In this document: piece after piece, positions 16,431-25,394 of the stretch | Position numbering within the stretch: the first letter of the stretch is position 1 | Layout: every line of letters starts with the position of its first letter | NCBI GenBank assembly: GCA_044343855.1 | Contig: JBIJDX010000002.1 | Location: 1-39,502, forward strand | From: Flavobacteriales bacterium | GTDB taxonomy: Bacteria > Bacteroidota > Bacteroidia > Flavobacteriales_F > PHOS-HE28 | Direction: 5' to 3' | Length of the DNA: 39,502 bases | The notes under the pieces: generated by a model | What the model saw: only the letters and a program-made list of their open reading frames with translations | Told to the model about the DNA's origin: nothing | Databases searched by the model: none | Position numbers and translations under genes: made by a program

Positions 16431-17870
16431 ATGCTGTTCAACTCGCTCGATTTCGCGGTGTTCCTGCCGCTGGTCTTCGCCCTTTTCTGGGCGATACCGG
16501 CCGCACGCACTGACCTGCGTAATGCGCTTCTGCTTGTTGCCAGCTATGTCTTCTATGGGTGGTGGGACATACGCTTCCTGGCATTGATCGCATTCAGCAC
16601 GTTTCTTGATCTCTACCTGAGCATCGGTATCAGCCGCAGCACCGATGAACGACGAAGAAAGCTCCTGCTATGGTCCAGCCTTGCAGTGAACCTCGGTCTC
16701 CTGGGTTTCTTCAAGTACTTCAACTTCTTCCTGGACCAGGTGAACGGGGCGTTCAGCCTGTTGGGCATGCCATTGGGTTCGGAGCATCTGGATATCATCC
16801 TGCCGGTGGGCATCAGCTTCTACACCTTCCAAACGCTCAGCTACACCATCGATGTATATCGGGGTGACCTGAAGGCAAGCCGCGACCCCGTGGCGTTCGC
16901 AGCGTTCGTGAGCTTCTTCCCTCAGCTGGTGGCGGGCCCCATCGAGCGTGCCTCCAACCTGCTGCCACAGTTCGACACTCCCCGACGTTTCAGCCGGAAC
17001 GCAGCTGTGGATGGCAGCCGCCAGATCCTGTGGGGCTTCTTCAAGAAGTTGGTGATAGCGGACAACTGTGCCGAACAGGTGGACCGGATCTTCGCCGGGC
17101 ATGAAACGGCCGGTGCAAGCACACTGGTCCTGGGCGCAGTCCTCTTCGCTTTCCAGATATATGGGGATTTCAGCGGGTATAGCGATATCGCCATCGGTGT
17201 TGCCCGGCTGTTCGGCTTCGAATTGATGCGCAATTTCGCTTTTCCTTACTTCTCACGAGACATTGCCGAGTTCTGGAGGCGTTGGCACATCAGCCTTGGC
17301 ACCTGGTTCAGGGACTACCTCTACGTTCCGATCGGTGGCAGTCGCGGGGGCACCGCCTTGCGTGTGCGCAACACCTTCATCATCTTCCTTGTCAGCGGGT
17401 TCTGGCACGGCGCCAACTGGACCTTCGTGGCGTGGGGTGCCCTGAATGCACTCTACTTCATCCCACTCCTGCTGTCCGGTCGGAACAGGCACAACCTGGG
17501 TACGGTGGCCGAGGGGCGCACACTTCCCGCATGGGGTGACGTGCTGCGCATGACCGGAACCTTCTCCATCACCTGCCTGGCCTGGGTCTTCTTCCGTGCC
17601 GTTGACCTGCGGCACGCGCTTGAGTATCTGGCTGGCATGGCCGATGCAAGCCTGTTCACCATGCCGGAAGTGGGCAATAGCAACCTGCCCATGCTGCTCG
17701 GTTTCTTTGTCATCTTGGAATGGGCGGGCAGGGAGGACCAATACGGCATTCAGCGCACCGGACTGAACCGGTCCCGCTTGGTCCGCTGGATCTTTTATGC
17801 ACTGCTGATAGCCATGATCGGCCTGTTCATGCGCACGAAGGAGGCACCGTTCATCTACTTCCAGTTCTGA
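16431..17870 (+). CDS. MBOAT-family membrane-bound O-acyltransferase (AlgI/DltB/PatA-like)
   Basis: 479 aa, polytopic. Family signatures are FFPQLVAGPIER, FWRRWHISL..WFRDYLYVPIGG and the catalytic His block VSGFWHGANW. Confidence 0.9.
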   Translation: MLFNSLDFAVFLPLVFALFWAIPAARTDLRNALLLVASYVFYGWWDIRFLALIAFSTFLDLYLSIGISRSTDERRRKLLLWSSLAVNLGLLGFFKYFNFFLDQVNGAFSLLGMPLGSEHLDIILPVGISFYTFQTLSYTIDVYRGDLKASRDPVAFAAFVSFFPQLVAGPIERASNLLPQFDTPRRFSRNAAVDGSRQILWGFFKKLVIADNCAEQVDRIFAGHETAGASTLVLGAVLFAFQIYGDFSGYSDIAIGVARLFGFELMRNFAFPYFSRDIAEFWRRWHISLGTWFRDYLYVPIGGSRGGTALRVRNTFIIFLVSGFWHGANWTFVAWGALNALYFIPLLLSGRNRHNLGTVAEGRTLPAWGDVLRMTGTFSITCLAWVFFRAVDLRHALEYLAGMADASLFTMPEVGNSNLPMLLGFFVILEWAGREDQYGIQRTGLNRSRLVRWIFYALLIAMIGLFMRTKEAPFIYFQF

Positions 17871-18820
17871 TGCGCAGCTACCTCACCAACCTGCTCCTGT
17901 TCGCGCTGTTCGCACTGCCGGCCTACGCGGTTTTCATCATTCTGGCAGGGAGCATTTCCCCTTTCAGCCAGCACCGCAACATCAAATACGCGCGCGGTGG
18001 ATACGGTCACCTGTACAATCGCCTGCAGGAAGCCGACACCACCGGGAAGGTGGACATCCTGTTCCTTGGCTCCTCCCATGCCTACCGCGGCTTCGATCCA
18101 CGCATCTTCAGCAAGGCGGGATATTCCAGCTTCAATCTGGGTTCCAGTTCGCAGACCCCCATCCAGACAAAGATCCTCTATGAACGGTACATCGACCGTT
18201 TAAGCCCCAAGCTTATCGTGTTCGACATATTCCCCAACACCTTCAATACGGAAGGGGTGGAATCGTTCCTTAACCTCCTGTCCAATGCACCGCTGAGCCA
18301 TGACCTGGTGATGGCTGCCATCCAAAGCAGGCATGCAACCGTTTGGAATACGATGCTACTGTCCGCATGGAGGACATTGATCGGTGCGAACGACGGTTTC
18401 AAGGAACCGCTTTACAGGGCGAACGACAAGGACCTGTATGTTCCGGGTGGATACGTGGAAAAAGGAGCACGGGAATTCAAGCCAGCTGATAAGAGGATCA
18501 CATTCAAGTGGTCGCCGCCTGAGAACCAGTGGCAAGCCTTCCTTGCCATACTGCTGGCATCCGAACGCAGGGGGATCCCGGTGATACTTGTACAGACCCC
18601 GGTCACCGGACCATATCAGTACGCGCCTGAAGACCGCATGGAACTGGAACGCCTGTTAGGCCCGCTGGCAGATGCCCATCTCGATCTCAGCGATGCCTTG
18701 CACGGCAATGAGGCCGATCTCTTCTACGATGGACATCACATGAACCAGAACGGGGTGGAACGATTCAATGCTCTCTTTCTGGACAGCCTTGCGGCGCACG
18801 GTTTCATACCCCTCCCCTGA
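17870..18820 (+). CDS. membrane-anchored SGNH/DltD-like partner protein of the MBOAT
   Basis: The ATG at 17870 overlaps the MBOAT stop by 1 nt (TGATG). An N-terminal TM anchor is followed by a Ser block VDILFLGSSHAYRGFDP (similar to the GSSE block I recall for DltD) and a terminal Asp/His block FYDGHHMNQNGVERF (the DxxH of SGNH hydrolases). Confidence 0.6.
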   Translation: MRSYLTNLLLFALFALPAYAVFIILAGSISPFSQHRNIKYARGGYGHLYNRLQEADTTGKVDILFLGSSHAYRGFDPRIFSKAGYSSFNLGSSSQTPIQTKILYERYIDRLSPKLIVFDIFPNTFNTEGVESFLNLLSNAPLSHDLVMAAIQSRHATVWNTMLLSAWRTLIGANDGFKEPLYRANDKDLYVPGGYVEKGAREFKPADKRITFKWSPPENQWQAFLAILLASERRGIPVILVQTPVTGPYQYAPEDRMELERLLGPLADAHLDLSDALHGNEADLFYDGHHMNQNGVERFNALFLDSLAAHGFIPLP

Positions 18821-18880
18821 TCACTCCGCATTTTCACCACGCCGGAAGGCCCCCTTGGGGATGTCTGGCGCATCGACAGC

Positions 18881-19768
18881 TCAACGGTGTATATCAACAG
18901 GCTGCACCTGGTGGCCCAATGCACGAAGGCCATTGACCAGCCCTTCCGGTCCTGGCAGGTGCGCCGCTCCGACCAGGAACAGTGCCCTGCCATCAGCGCG
19001 CATCACACTGTCCATGCGCTGCACAAGAATGCGATTCCGGTCCGTGATAAGGGCCTTCCCGAATGCGGCGGAAGCCGTGGAGGCCTCGTTGGTCAACCGC
19101 CGGATGCGCTCGAGGTCCTTCACGGCATAGGCATCGTGCAAGGCATCAAGGTCGTCGCCTCGCTCATCACCCATGACGTGATCGTAGAGCAGGCGCGCCT
19201 GTTCGTCGAGGGGAATGGCGTCGAGCGCCGCCATTTGTTCATCCACTGTCTCAAGTCCGACCACACGCTTTCCAAGCCCACGCCCTTCCTGCATCAGGGC
19301 ATCATCAAGCATGCGGGGACGATCGGCAGCCATGTCGCCCTGGCTGAGCGTGGCAAGGATGAAAAAGGGCTTCATGCGTTGCATCATGGGCGCCATCAGA
19401 GGGCCAAGCTCAGCTCGCAAAACCGGTTCAAGCCGCCTCCACTGGCGCGGTGTGTAAAGTGAGCCCAAGGAACTGCCGGAGGGCAGCATCAGCCGGTCCA
19501 TGAGTGAAAGTGCAACATTGCCAGCGCCGCCCAGGTCAAGCTCTCCAGCCACCGTGGCACAGCGCGGCAACACAGCCTGTGCATCCGCCACATGGCGGAA
19601 CGCGCGATCATCCGTGCTGTGCATGGTTCCGTACAGATAACTTGTATCAGCCTGCGACGAGGGCACGATGCGCCACAGGAGCGCATTCACCATGGGCTGC
19701 CCGCAAAGTGCGTTACAGCCCAGGATGACTAAGGCCGAAAGGAGGCAGCGCATGCGGCCGGGATGCAT
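18881..19768 (-). CDS. TraB/GumN family protein (secreted)
   Basis: Signal peptide MRCLLSALVILGCNALCG. The family-typical blocks are LLWRI.....SYLYGTMHS.D.R at the N-terminus and LFLVGAAHLPGPEGLV..L...G at the C-terminus. Confidence 0.8.
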   Translation of the reverse strand: MHPGRMRCLLSALVILGCNALCGQPMVNALLWRIVPSSQADTSYLYGTMHSTDDRAFRHVADAQAVLPRCATVAGELDLGGAGNVALSLMDRLMLPSGSSLGSLYTPRQWRRLEPVLRAELGPLMAPMMQRMKPFFILATLSQGDMAADRPRMLDDALMQEGRGLGKRVVGLETVDEQMAALDAIPLDEQARLLYDHVMGDERGDDLDALHDAYAVKDLERIRRLTNEASTASAAFGKALITDRNRILVQRMDSVMRADGRALFLVGAAHLPGPEGLVNGLRALGHQVQPVDIHR

Positions 19769-20053
19769 TCCGGCACCAGCCTAGGCGGCCACCATGGCCA
19801 ACAGGAAGGATGTGAGGGCAAGGAGCGAGAAAACCACCGCGCTGAAGCGGATCAGCTGGCTGCGGTCTGCAGGTCGTGTGCGTTCCATGAAGGGTCGGTG
19901 AAGATAGCATGTAGAAGACGAGGAAGTCAGGATGGGTTGCCCCGAACTGGACCACCGCCCCTGAAAATACAACACAACCATATGATTACCAGGCATTTAA
20001 AAACACATCAAAATCGCATCACCCATCATCCGACCCCTTCATGGCACACGGGG

Positions 20054-20061
20054 TACCTTTG
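20054..20061 (+). promoter_or_regulatory. candidate Bacteroidota sigma-A -7 box (TACCTTTG)
   Basis: Exact TAnnTTTG match 46 nt upstream of the mtaB ATG (20107). It is preceded by the only markedly AT-rich stretch of the window (about 19975..20020: catttaaaaacacatcaaaatc). Confidence 0.45.
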
Positions 20062-20106
20062 CAGCCATGTCACCCCCGCTTCCCTGATGGGAATGACACC
20101 CACGCC

Positions 20107-21513
20107 ATGAGCGCCCCCCGCACCGTTGCCTTCCATACCCTCGGCTGCAAGCTGAACTTCAGCGAGACCAGCACCATCGCCCGTTCGCTGGAGGTGGCAG
20201 GATATGCGCGGGTGCGCCTTGAGGACCGTCCGGATGTCTTTGTGCTGAACACGTGCAGCGTCACGGGGAACGCGGACAGGGAATGCAGGCAATGGGTGCG
20301 GCGCTTCCTGCGCATCAACCCGGACGCCTTTGTGGCCGTGGTGGGGTGCTATGCCCAACTGAAGCCTGCGGAGATCGGCTCCATCCCTGGCGTGGGACTG
20401 GTGCTGGGAGCCAACGAAAAGTTCGACCTCGCCAGCCATGTGGAGGACGCGCTTGGCCATCGTCCGGAAGGAGCCCAAGGCGGTGTGGTACGTGCCGGTG
20501 CAGTGAAGGAGGTGAAGCGATTCATCCCCAGCTACAACGCCAACGACAGAACCCGCACCTTCCTCAAGGTGCAGGACGGTTGCGACTATTTCTGCTCCTT
20601 CTGCACCATTCCGCTGGCCCGGGGACGCAGCCGCAGCGGCACCATCGCAGAGACCGTGGCCCTTGCACGGCGCATCGCTGCGAACGGCGTGCAGGAGATC
20701 GTGCTCACCGGAGTGAATACCGGGGATTTCGGAAAGTCCCTGCTCACTCCGACTGGCGATGCACCTCGGAGCGATGAGGACTTCCTCGCCCTCATCCGCG
20801 CCCTCGACGAAGTGGACGGCATCGCGCGCTTCCGCATCAGCAGCATCGAGCCCAATCTATGCCACGATGGCATCATCGACTTCGTGGCCGGGAGCAAGCG
20901 CTTCGTACCCCACTTCCACATGCCGCTCCAAAGCGGAAGTGACGCGATACTTGAACGGATGCGCCGCCGGTATGATACCGCCCTCTATGCCGAACGGGTG
21001 GCGCGCATCAGGGAGCGCATGCCCCATGCCTGCATTGGGGTGGACGTGATCACCGGGACGCCCGGCGAGACCGAGGAGGAGTTCCTGCGCACGCATGCTT
21101 TCCTGCGCTCCATCGCCGTGGACTATCTGCACGTATTCACCTACAGTGAGCGGGCCAATACCACCGCGGTACGCATGGAGGACACGGTGCCTGTGGAGGT
21201 GCGCCGCGAACGCACCAAGCAGCTCCGCATCCTGGGCGGCAGGCTGCTCCGTGCACACTACGAGCGACACCTTGGCACCGTACGTCCTGTCCTGTTCGAG
21301 GCCGGCGATGATGCTGACGCCTCATGGATCGAAGGCTTCACCGACAACTACGTGCGCGTAAGCCTGCCCTACGACCCTGCATTGGCCAACCGCATCGCTC
21401 CCGTGGCCCTTCAACGCATCACCGCTGAGAACCACGTGTCGGGCGAGCTGATGGCACAGCCTCGGCAGAGATCCACCACTTGGAACACGGCCATCCACCA
21501 ACCGGCCTCCTGA
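20107..21513 (+). CDS. mtaB: tRNA (t6A37) methylthiotransferase MtaB (radical SAM)
   Basis: Start set at the internal ATG 20107. The UPF0004 N-domain reads VAFHTLGCKLNFSETSTI. The radical-SAM cluster motif is CDYFCSFCTIP, and a C-terminal TRAM-like domain follows. Confidence 0.9.
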   Translation: MSAPRTVAFHTLGCKLNFSETSTIARSLEVAGYARVRLEDRPDVFVLNTCSVTGNADRECRQWVRRFLRINPDAFVAVVGCYAQLKPAEIGSIPGVGLVLGANEKFDLASHVEDALGHRPEGAQGGVVRAGAVKEVKRFIPSYNANDRTRTFLKVQDGCDYFCSFCTIPLARGRSRSGTIAETVALARRIAANGVQEIVLTGVNTGDFGKSLLTPTGDAPRSDEDFLALIRALDEVDGIARFRISSIEPNLCHDGIIDFVAGSKRFVPHFHMPLQSGSDAILERMRRRYDTALYAERVARIRERMPHACIGVDVITGTPGETEEEFLRTHAFLRSIAVDYLHVFTYSERANTTAVRMEDTVPVEVRRERTKQLRILGGRLLRAHYERHLGTVRPVLFEAGDDADASWIEGFTDNYVRVSLPYDPALANRIAPVALQRITAENHVSGELMAQPRQRSTTWNTAIHQPAS

Positions 21514-21517
21514 ACGC

Positions 21518-22675
21518 ATGTATCCCACCCTCTACCACGCACTGCTGGATCTGTTCGGACTGGACCTGCCGTTCCTCCGCTTCGTGAACAGCTTCGGCTT
21601 CTTCGTGGCCCTGGCCTTCGTCTTCGCCAGCTGGACATTGAGCCTGGAATTGCGTCGCCGCGAACGCAGCGGCCTGCTGAAGGGCTCGGTGCGCAGGGTG
21701 GTTGTCGGTGCACCGGCCACCGCTGGTGACCTGGTGGGCAATGGCGTGCTGGGCTTCCTGCTGGGCTTCAAAGGGCTGTTCCTGCTGCTCAATTTTGCGG
21801 AGGCCACCGCCGACCCGCAAGGCTTCCTGCTCAGCGGCGCCGGCAACTTTGTGGGCGGTCTGCTCGGCGCAGCACTATTGGTGTTCCTGAAATGGCGCGA
21901 AAAGAAGAAGGAACAGCTTGCCACACCCAAGGTGGAGGAGGTGCGCATGCTACCCAGTGAGCACGCCAACAACATCACCATGCAGGCGGCGCTATGGGGC
22001 ATCATTGGCGCCAAGCTGTTCCATTGGCTGGAGAACCCCGATGAGTTCCTCTCTTTCGTGGAAAGCCCGGCAGGCGACAAGATCTTCAGCGGGCTTACCA
22101 TGTACGGTGGTCTCATCGTGGCTGGTGCCATGGTGATCCGTTACTTCATGAAGCATGGCATCGAACCGTGGCAGGGAGCGGACAGCGCAGCCCCCGGCGT
22201 GATGCTCGCCTATGGCATCGGCCGCATCGGCTGTCAGGTCAGCGGCGATGGCGACTGGGGCATCGTGAACACCACCTACCTGGGCCCCGGACCGAAGTGG
22301 TTGTGGCAGTACGACTATCCCAACAACGTGAACAGCGTGGGAGTCCCATTGATCGACGGGCGACCCTGTTTCGACGGGTACTGCACCGTGCTGCCGGAGA
22401 CGGTGTTCCCCACCCCCCTGTACGAGACCCTGGTGTGCGTGGGCTTCTTCTTCGTGCTCTGGAGCCTGCGGAAACGCCTGTCGCCCCCCGGCATGATCTT
22501 CTTCCTATACCTCCTCCTCAATGGGCTGGAGCGCTTCTTCATCGAGAAGATCCGCGTCAATGTCCATGTCCTCGGCACCATCACGCAGGCGGAGATCATC
22601 GCCACCCTGCTGATGCTGTCAGGCATCGGGGGTATGGTGTGGCTGCGCAGGCGCTCTGCATCCGTCACCCACTGA
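21518..22675 (+). CDS. lgt: prolipoprotein diacylglyceryl transferase (long Bacteroidota form)
   Basis: Polytopic membrane protein. The Lgt signature is YGIGRIGCQVSGDGDWG (the GR.G....G block), followed by the conserved PTPLYE. It sits 4 nt downstream of mtaB. Confidence 0.85.
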   Translation: MYPTLYHALLDLFGLDLPFLRFVNSFGFFVALAFVFASWTLSLELRRRERSGLLKGSVRRVVVGAPATAGDLVGNGVLGFLLGFKGLFLLLNFAEATADPQGFLLSGAGNFVGGLLGAALLVFLKWREKKKEQLATPKVEEVRMLPSEHANNITMQAALWGIIGAKLFHWLENPDEFLSFVESPAGDKIFSGLTMYGGLIVAGAMVIRYFMKHGIEPWQGADSAAPGVMLAYGIGRIGCQVSGDGDWGIVNTTYLGPGPKWLWQYDYPNNVNSVGVPLIDGRPCFDGYCTVLPETVFPTPLYETLVCVGFFFVLWSLRKRLSPPGMIFFLYLLLNGLERFFIEKIRVNVHVLGTITQAEIIATLLMLSGIGGMVWLRRRSASVTH

Positions 22676-22710
22676 CCCGACCGCGAACGAACAGACAAGC
22701 GACCATTCCC

Positions 22711-23508
22711 ATGGACCTGAAACACCTCACTCAACAAGTCGCCGACCTCTGCGTGGACATATCCGCCTTCATCCGCACCGAAGCACCCAAGCTGACCGAG
22801 TCGGGTGTGAGCAGCAAGAGCGCCAACAACCTGGTGACCCACGTGGACCACACCGCGGAGGACCGCATCGTGGAGGCATTGGAGCAGTTGCTGCCCGGAG
22901 CCGGGTTCATTGCGGAGGAAGGCAGCGGGGAACAGGGCACCGGGCTCAACTGGGTCATCGACCCGCTGGACGGCACCACCAACTTCGTGCACGGTGTGCC
23001 CTGCTACTGCATCAGCATCGCCCTGCTCGATGGAACCGAACCCTTGCTGGGCGTGGTGCACGAGGTGACACGGGACGAGCGCTTCACCGCCTGGAAGGGC
23101 GGCGGCGCCTACCTGAACGGCCAGCCCATCCGTGTCTCGGCGCGCAAGGAACTTCAGGAAAGCCTGCTCGCAACAGGATTCCCCTACGACGACTTCGGCT
23201 ACGAGAGCGAGTACATGGACCTGCTCCGGGAACTGATGCACCGCACCCGCGGCATCCGTCGCCTCGGCAGCGCTGCGGCCGACCTGGCCTACGTGGCCTG
23301 CGGGCGCTTCGAGGCCTTCTACGAATATGGCCTGAACAGCTGGGATGTGGCGGCCGGCGTGCTGCTGGTCCGTGAGGCCGGCGGCAAGGTCAGCGGCTTC
23401 CTGCCCAGCAAGGACCCGGTGTTCGACGAGGAGATCGTGGCCAGCAACAGTGCCATCCACGACGAGCTGCTGGAGGTGATCGAGCGGAATTGGCAGCGGC
23501 AGGATTAA
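22711..23508 (+). CDS. inositol monophosphatase family protein (SuhB-like)
   Basis: Start at the internal ATG 22711; the track ORF 22168.. is a spurious extension. Motifs FIAEEG, WVIDPLDGTTNFVHG, RRLGSAAADLAYVACGR and WDVAAG. Confidence 0.9.
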   Translation: MDLKHLTQQVADLCVDISAFIRTEAPKLTESGVSSKSANNLVTHVDHTAEDRIVEALEQLLPGAGFIAEEGSGEQGTGLNWVIDPLDGTTNFVHGVPCYCISIALLDGTEPLLGVVHEVTRDERFTAWKGGGAYLNGQPIRVSARKELQESLLATGFPYDDFGYESEYMDLLRELMHRTRGIRRLGSAAADLAYVACGRFEAFYEYGLNSWDVAAGVLLVREAGGKVSGFLPSKDPVFDEEIVASNSAIHDELLEVIERNWQRQD

Positions 23509-24974
23509 TCCTGCACGGCCGGCTGTCGGCTCAACAGCCCCAGTCCCACCATGGTCAACCCGGCCACCACCAACAACACCTCGAAGCCCATCTTATACCC
23601 GAAGAGCAGGGCCTCGGAATTGGCCCGGATGCCATACGTGATGAGCGGTGCGGCTATACATACGAGAGGTACCCACCTCTCCACGGGCCGCCCCTTGAAG
23701 AACAGCCCGTAAGCGAACAGTCCCAAAAGGGGTCCGTAAGTGAATCCGGCGATATCGAAGAGTGTCTTGATCACCGTTGGTGTGGCCAGCCAATGGAAGT
23801 AGAGGATGAACAACAGGAACAGCGCTGCCATGGCCAGGTGGACCCACTGCCTCACCTGCTTCTGCCGGGCCTCGTCCCATCCGCGGTCCCTGATGCCGAT
23901 CAGGTCGATGCAGGTGCTGGCCGTGAGCGCGGTCAGGGCACCGTCCGCACTGGGGAAGAGTGCGCTGATGAGGCCGATGATGAAGAACAGGCCCAGCCAG
24001 GGCGGGAAGTGCTGGAGCGCCAGTGTGGGGAACACGTCGTCCGACCGTTGGGGCAGTTCGATCCCTTGCTGACCAGCGTGTAGATAGAGCAGCGCACCGA
24101 GCAACAGGAACAAGAGATTGGCGCCGAGCAGGATCACACTGAAGGAACGCATGTTCTTCTTGGCACCGCCCACCGTGGCCACGCTCAGGTTCTTCTGCAT
24201 CATCTCCTGGTCCAGACCGGTCATGGCGATGGTGATGAACATACCGGCCAACACCTGCTTCAGGAAGAACCCATCGCTGCGCCAATCAGTGTCCAGTACA
24301 CGCGTCATCCCGCTCTGCGCGAGCATGGTCGACCAGTCACCCATGCCAGGTGCTTGGATGATGTAGACGATGGTCCCGATCAAGGCCCCGATCATGAACA
24401 GGGTCTGCAGGGTATCGGTCCAGACAATGGTCTTCACCCCTCCTTTCAAGGTGTAAAGCACGATCATCAGCATCACCACAAAAGCCGTGACAGCGAAGGG
24501 AACACCCATCGCATCGAGCACGAAGAGCTGGATGACGTTCAGCACTACAAAGATCCGGATGGTGGCCCCGGCCAGGCGGCTGAGGATGAAGAAGGAAGCG
24601 CCCGTGCGGTAGCTCGTCATTCCGAAGCGCTCACGCAGGTAGCCATAGATGCTGGTAAGGCCCATGCGGTAGTACAAAGGCAGCAGGATGCCGGCCACGA
24701 TCCAGTAGCCGATGGCAAAGCCAAGCACCAGCTGGAAATAGCTCCAGCCCTTGGCCTGCACCATGCCGGGCACGCTGATGAAGGTGACCCCGCTGAGGCT
24801 GGTGCCGATCATGCCGAAGGCCACCACCCACCAAAGGCTCTTGCGCTCGCCGCTGTAGAAGGCATGCTCACCGGCCCCGCGACTGGTCCACCAAGCGATG
24901 CCCAGGAGGAGCAGGAAATACCCGGAGACGATGGAAAGCAACAGGACGGGGCTCATGCAGCGAAGAAAGTGCAT
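23505..24974 (-). CDS. sodium:solute symporter (SSS) family transporter
   Basis: About 13 TM helices. The N-terminus is SSS-like: YFLLLLGIAWWTSRG...FYSGERKSLWWVVAFGMIGTSLSGVTFISVPG. An alternative ATG lies at 24956 (MSPVLLL...). Confidence 0.85.
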   Translation of the reverse strand: MHFLRCMSPVLLLSIVSGYFLLLLGIAWWTSRGAGEHAFYSGERKSLWWVVAFGMIGTSLSGVTFISVPGMVQAKGWSYFQLVLGFAIGYWIVAGILLPLYYRMGLTSIYGYLRERFGMTSYRTGASFFILSRLAGATIRIFVVLNVIQLFVLDAMGVPFAVTAFVVMLMIVLYTLKGGVKTIVWTDTLQTLFMIGALIGTIVYIIQAPGMGDWSTMLAQSGMTRVLDTDWRSDGFFLKQVLAGMFITIAMTGLDQEMMQKNLSVATVGGAKKNMRSFSVILLGANLLFLLLGALLYLHAGQQGIELPQRSDDVFPTLALQHFPPWLGLFFIIGLISALFPSADGALTALTASTCIDLIGIRDRGWDEARQKQVRQWVHLAMAALFLLFILYFHWLATPTVIKTLFDIAGFTYGPLLGLFAYGLFFKGRPVERWVPLVCIAAPLITYGIRANSEALLFGYKMGFEVLLVVAGLTMVGLGLLSRQPAVQD

Positions 24975-25394
24975 GCTGTCATCCGCTGACGGCCGGGTTG
25001 AAAGAGTTCTCCGGCATTAGATGTCAGTTGCCGGGAAAGATCATGAAGCAGTGGTGATCGATGCAATGGTCAACGTCCCGGGGGGAGGTTGCACGATCTA
25101 GCACGGCACTATTGCGTACCAGATGCTTCCGGAAGGTTGGAAAGTACCTCGCGTGATCAGGTCTTACAGTCCGATGAACCCGAAGCGGTAGCGTTTGCCA
25201 CCGTTATGCATGGTGGCCAGCACCACCAGGTCACCGTTCAGTTCGAAGAAGAACTGTGGCGAGAGGCTCATCTCGAACACGGCGCCCTGGTCCCGGACGA
25301 ACGCCTTGCACGACCGTGCAATTCGGCTGGTCGGGACCTGTTGGGAAAATGGGTGCGATCTTCGGCCGCCGCCCTTTGGGCGTTACACCTGCCC

